Source: Azolla caroliniana (taxonomy: Eukaryota; Plantae; Polypodiophyta). From it: DNA of 12,063 bases. The stretch covers positions 1-12,063 of the forward strand of contig JBHGNT010001099.1 in the NCBI GenBank assembly GCA_043228905.1, given 5' to 3'. Every line of letters begins with the position of its first letter. Positions within the stretch are counted from its first letter, which is position 1. Both the position numbers and the translations under genes were made by a program. The notes below the pieces were generated by a model. It saw only the letters and a program-made list of their open reading frames with translations. It was not told the DNA's origin and did no database searches. Shown here in pieces: positions 8,373 through 12,063 of this stretch.

Positions 8373-8730
8373 TATCTTCATCAAAATATTGAAGTGAAGA
8401 TTGTAATGGTCTACGATCAAGAAAGAGAACAGCGATTACCTTGCAAGACAAAGTTCGGAGGTTCAACAATGTGCACAATCATTTTGTAACTCTTTCATGA
8501 AAATGATTATAAAGTTCATACACTTTCTCATATATTATTTTATATCTTATCTTGTCTTATCTTATATTCCTTAAAAATCCTATTTTGTCATAACTTATTG
8601 ATCTCTATTCACTCTATCTCTACTCTTTCGTCTCTTCCGTCAATAATCCCAGTGATTCCTTCCTCACTTTCACGTTATCCTTTGTGTGCGCAACGCTACG
8701 CTTCTAGGCGAGCCACGCCACGACACAAAT

Positions 8731-8748
8731 TGGTGAACCCGACGTGAA
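8731..8748 (+). promoter_or_regulatory. Primer-binding site complementary to the 3' end of cytosolic tRNA-Trp
   Basis: TGGTGAACCCGACGTGAA is the reverse complement of TTCACGTCGGGTTCACCA, the recalled 3' end of plant tRNA-Trp(CCA). It lies 5 nt after the LTR end. Confidence 0.85.
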
Positions 8749-8792
8749 ACGGGGAAGTAGAAGAGACATCTAAAGTAAACATCAACATCAAC

Positions 8793-11024
8793 ATGGCAAG
8801 TACGAGTACAATGGATCCGGTAATGTTGTTTATTGAAAAGTTGAATCAAGATCGATTATTTCATGCCTTACGAGAAGTCCGAGAGAAGATTGGTATGTTT
8901 GATGGCACAAATATTTCGAAGTATGTGAATATATATTATGATGAAATGGAAATGTCTGGTATAAATGATGTCAATATGATAGCAAACTTGTATAAATTAG
9001 TGGACATGGAATTGAGAGATAGAATTCATGAAATACAAGCATTGCATAGTTTGGATTGGAATGCATTCAAAGAAGCACTTGTGTCTGAATATGCTCGTGA
9101 GGATTTCTCTCGAGTTACTATGCGTTCATTTCATGAATGGATCTTAAAAGAAGATAAAGGGTTATCTGTGGCTGACACAAAAAAAGAGTTTGATAGGATG
9201 TATGGACACTTAAAGCCAGAAGAAAGAAATTATTTGTCTTGGCAAAAGGTTGCTTTATTTTTGCAGGCAATTGACAAGAGATATAGAAAAGAATTGGAAT
9301 TTATGCTTGAAGTACCAAATACCGAGGATGGTATAACGACAGATTGGAATGAGGTAACAAATGCTTGTAATAAATTTATGAAAAGAATGCAAAGGAATGG
9401 TGTAATGCTACAAATACCACATGTGGGAAACACAAATCGGCTTGAGCAAAACATTGAAGTTCAAAGACTTGGTCGAGAACCATCACAGGAAATGGTCCAT
9501 CAACCACGAGAAATGACGGGAACTAAGAGTGAGTTTTTGCTTGATGATTTAGTTCAAAGTATGAAAGATCTAACAATTAAAGTGGCAAAGCTTGAGAATG
9601 GTCAGACTTCGAGGTCAAGGGAACCATTTCGACCTCGATGCATGTGGTGTGATAGTCTCGAACATCGTCTACGTGATTGTGAAGAATATAAAGACATGGA
9701 GAATCGGGACTTGGTCTATTGGAAAAATGGTAACATTTACTTAACTGAAACTAGAACTCCGCTTACAAAGAACTTTGGTGATGGTGGTGTTAAGGTTAAA
9801 TTTGAAGAAGCTGAAGCAAAGAAGGCTTCCGCAATGTATTACTCGGCAACGGCAGGAATGCGCCTCGATGACATGCCATCCCGATCATCATTCTGGGAGA
9901 AGGTTGTAAGTACCGCACAAAAGCAAAAGATGAAGATGGAAGACCTTCGTGTTGCCGGAGATTTTGTGAGGAAAAACACTGGATGGGATGTTCCAGTAGA
10001 TGTTATGACAGTCTATGCTCAAATGGCAGAACACCAAGAGCATGAGGTGATAGTGGAAGAAAAAAGGAAAAGATCGGATGATGAGATTGGCTCAACCAAA
10101 AAGCATGAAACAAGAGAAAGCAAAAGAAAAGAGATGGACGCAAAAGTTGAAAAAGGTAAATCTGGTCCTTCATTCAAATTAATGTCTGATATTGAAAAGG
10201 ATACAAATTTAAAGAAAGTTTTAGAAACAAGAATACTAGACAGTCGAGTAGAATTTACACTAAGAGAAGTGTTAGGTATTGCAAAAAAGGAATTTCATGA
10301 TGAAATAATTGATATTGTGCGAAGAAAGAAGCAAGTAAATGAGCAGGTTAAAGAGACAAATCCGAAGGTGGCATATGAAGTGGTGAGCAACGAGTCAAAC
10401 AATATCGTTGTTGACTCTCAACATGCATCAACCTCAATGATAAATTCAACAGATGTAAGAAGCCATTACTGTTGCAAATGTTGGGCAAGAGCCACTACTG
10501 AGACTCATGTGAAGATTGGAAATGTTCCAGACCCCGTAATGGCACTTATTGATCATGGTTCTGAAATAAATATAATGAGTGCTGATTTTTACAGGAAAGG
10601 TAGATGGCCAATTGATACTCAACATGGTTGGCGAGTAAAAGCTGCCACATCAGTCACGGAAGATTTATTTGGTGCATGCCCAAATGTAAAGGTTACTATT
10701 GGTGATATAGAGGTAGATCAACATTTCTTTGTGCAGGAAGGATCTACCTATCCAATAATCCTGGGGCAACCATACATTACAGCGGTACGAATGGAGACCA
10801 AAGTCCTCGACAATGGTTCTGCCTATGCAAAAATCCGTAGCCAAGATGGACGACGAACTGTACAATTTATGACAGTTCGCCCAAATCATGAGAGGAACAA
10901 GGTAGACCTTCGAGATCATTCGATACCAAAAGAATTTGGTACTTGGAAAGAGAATAAATTTTTTTTAAAAAGAAGGTTCGAGCTTGAACCTCCTCCAATA
11001 GATCAACATGAAGATGAAAGATAG
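8793..11024 (+). CDS. gag: Intact Gag-aspartic protease polyprotein (743 aa) of element D
   Basis: Uninterrupted ATG-to-TAG ORF with a capsid-like N-terminus, CCHC knuckle CMWCDSLEHRLRDC (9639-9680), basic stretches (EEKRKRS), and retropepsin motifs ALIDHGSEINIM (Asp codon 10551) and YPIILGQPY. Confidence 0.92.
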   Translation: MASTSTMDPVMLFIEKLNQDRLFHALREVREKIGMFDGTNISKYVNIYYDEMEMSGINDVNMIANLYKLVDMELRDRIHEIQALHSLDWNAFKEALVSEYAREDFSRVTMRSFHEWILKEDKGLSVADTKKEFDRMYGHLKPEERNYLSWQKVALFLQAIDKRYRKELEFMLEVPNTEDGITTDWNEVTNACNKFMKRMQRNGVMLQIPHVGNTNRLEQNIEVQRLGREPSQEMVHQPREMTGTKSEFLLDDLVQSMKDLTIKVAKLENGQTSRSREPFRPRCMWCDSLEHRLRDCEEYKDMENRDLVYWKNGNIYLTETRTPLTKNFGDGGVKVKFEEAEAKKASAMYYSATAGMRLDDMPSRSSFWEKVVSTAQKQKMKMEDLRVAGDFVRKNTGWDVPVDVMTVYAQMAEHQEHEVIVEEKRKRSDDEIGSTKKHETRESKRKEMDAKVEKGKSGPSFKLMSDIEKDTNLKKVLETRILDSRVEFTLREVLGIAKKEFHDEIIDIVRRKKQVNEQVKETNPKVAYEVVSNESNNIVVDSQHASTSMINSTDVRSHYCCKCWARATTETHVKIGNVPDPVMALIDHGSEINIMSADFYRKGRWPIDTQHGWRVKAATSVTEDLFGACPNVKVTIGDIEVDQHFFVQEGSTYPIILGQPYITAVRMETKVLDNGSAYAKIRSQDGRRTVQFMTVRPNHERNKVDLRDHSIPKEFGTWKENKFFLKRRFELEPPPIDQHEDER

Positions 11025-11052
11025 TGGCACATGCCGGAGGATGTGCAGGTCT

Positions 11053-11064
11053 AGAGGGGGTGGA
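11053..11064 (+). promoter_or_regulatory. Polypurine tract of element D
   Basis: AGAGGGGGTGGA directly before the TG of the 3' LTR. Confidence 0.85.
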
Positions 11065-12063
11065 TGTCGTGAAGTACGAAAGCTTCACATTAAAAGTCTA
11101 CAATAAGATAAATACGTAACTAAAATAACATTTGATAATGTTTTATAACAACACATATGATAATATTATATATATGTAAAGAAAAATAATATATATAGAT
11201 AGATAAATATATTATATTACACGAACAAGAGAGGACTTGAACCAATAACCCCACCCTATGACTCTCAAATCTTACCATTTACTCTATACTAGTAATATAC
11301 ATAAAATAAAGCATACTTTATATATACTTTATATTACATAAAGGATTTTCTTCATGATATAAAAATAAAGTTGTATGTTGTAGTATTTTGAGACTCGAAC
11401 AAACAACCTCATACACCAAAGTCAACACACCTACCATTAAGCTAGGCCCTTTCTCTTTAAGATTATATTTTCATGTTTATTGTTATTGCATATATTGTTT
11501 CATACATAAAAGCTCAAATGAGCGAGATGTTTATCATGCATCACATGTAATGCATGAACGCCAAATGACGATCATGCATCACAGGCATGTCTTGTACCCT
11601 CCAATGCATCATATGCATGGGGGCACCTATTTAAAGGGTGAAAGAGGAGATCAAAGGGGGATATGTATGAGATATCAATCAAATTATGTACTTCATAAGA
11701 GATACCATAAAAATAGAGAAAGAGGGGAAGAAGTTTAACATAAACGTGGAGCTCTAGCTTGGCGGTCGTGGTGGTCAACTCTCAACAAGAGGGAGGCGAT
11801 TCGAGCCTTATCTTCATCAAAATATTGAAGTGAAGATTGTAATGGTCTACGATCAAGAAAGAGAAGAGCGATTACCTTGCAAGACAAAGTTCGGAGGTTC
11901 AACAATGTGCACAATCATTTTGTAACTCTTTCATGAAAATGATTATAAAGTTCATACACTTTCTCATATATTATTTTATATCTTATCTTGTCTTATCTTA
12001 TATTCCTTAAAAATCCTATTTTGTCATAACTTATTGATCTCTATTCACTCTATCTCTACTCTT
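11065..12063 (+). repeat. 3' LTR of element D (cut by the window end)
   Basis: Colinear with 7629-8627 with no indels seen. Differences at 11198, 11349, 11401, 11568, 11799, 11806, 11807 and 11866. Confidence 0.95.

Larger units (their letters stand above)
7629..8725 (+). repeat. 5' LTR of element D (1097 bp)
   Basis: 7-bp terminal inverted repeat TGTCGTG...CACGACA; direct repeat of the sequence starting at 11065; followed by a PBS. Confidence 0.95.
7629..12063 (+). mobile_element. Element D: young non-autonomous Ty3/Gypsy-type LTR retrotransposon encoding only Gag-protease (TR-GAG-like); predicted to end at about 12161
   Basis: Order is LTR, PBS, one ORF, PPT, LTR. The LTRs are offset by 3436 bp with 8 substitutions counted in 999 bp. 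There is no room for RT, RNase H or integrase. Confidence 0.93.

Noticed and set aside
8793-11024. Domesticated host gene derived from gag
   Set aside because: It is still flanked by near-identical LTRs, a PBS and a PPT, and sits inside another retroelement, so it is a recent mobile copy.

Overview
Eukaryotic, land-plant-like genomic DNA, possibly a moss or other bryophyte (inferred from the retroelement types). It starts with the last two coding exons of a glutamate receptor-like (GLR) channel gene (1-396 and 698-988, joined by a GT-AG intron). The rest is a nested retrotransposon stack: a probable solo LTR (1278-1719); a decayed L1/LINE-ORF1-like (DUF4283-like) fragment; an old Ty3/Gypsy gag-protease relic A; an inserted Gypsy element B (LTR 4091-5009, degenerate tRNA-Trp PBS, broken gag); a minus-strand Ty1/Copia RT-RNase H relic C; and, inserted into C, a young element D. 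D has about 99% identical LTRs of about 1.1 kb, a tRNA-Trp PBS, one intact 743-aa Gag-protease ORF and a PPT, but no RT, RNase H or integrase. The most unusual signal is that each LTR of D carries three tRNA-like RNA polymerase III A-box/B-box modules at tRNA spacing (two antisense, one sense). This suggests a non-autonomous Gag-protease retroelement with built-in Pol III/TFIIIC modules. All family assignments come from motif recognition by eye; no searches were run.
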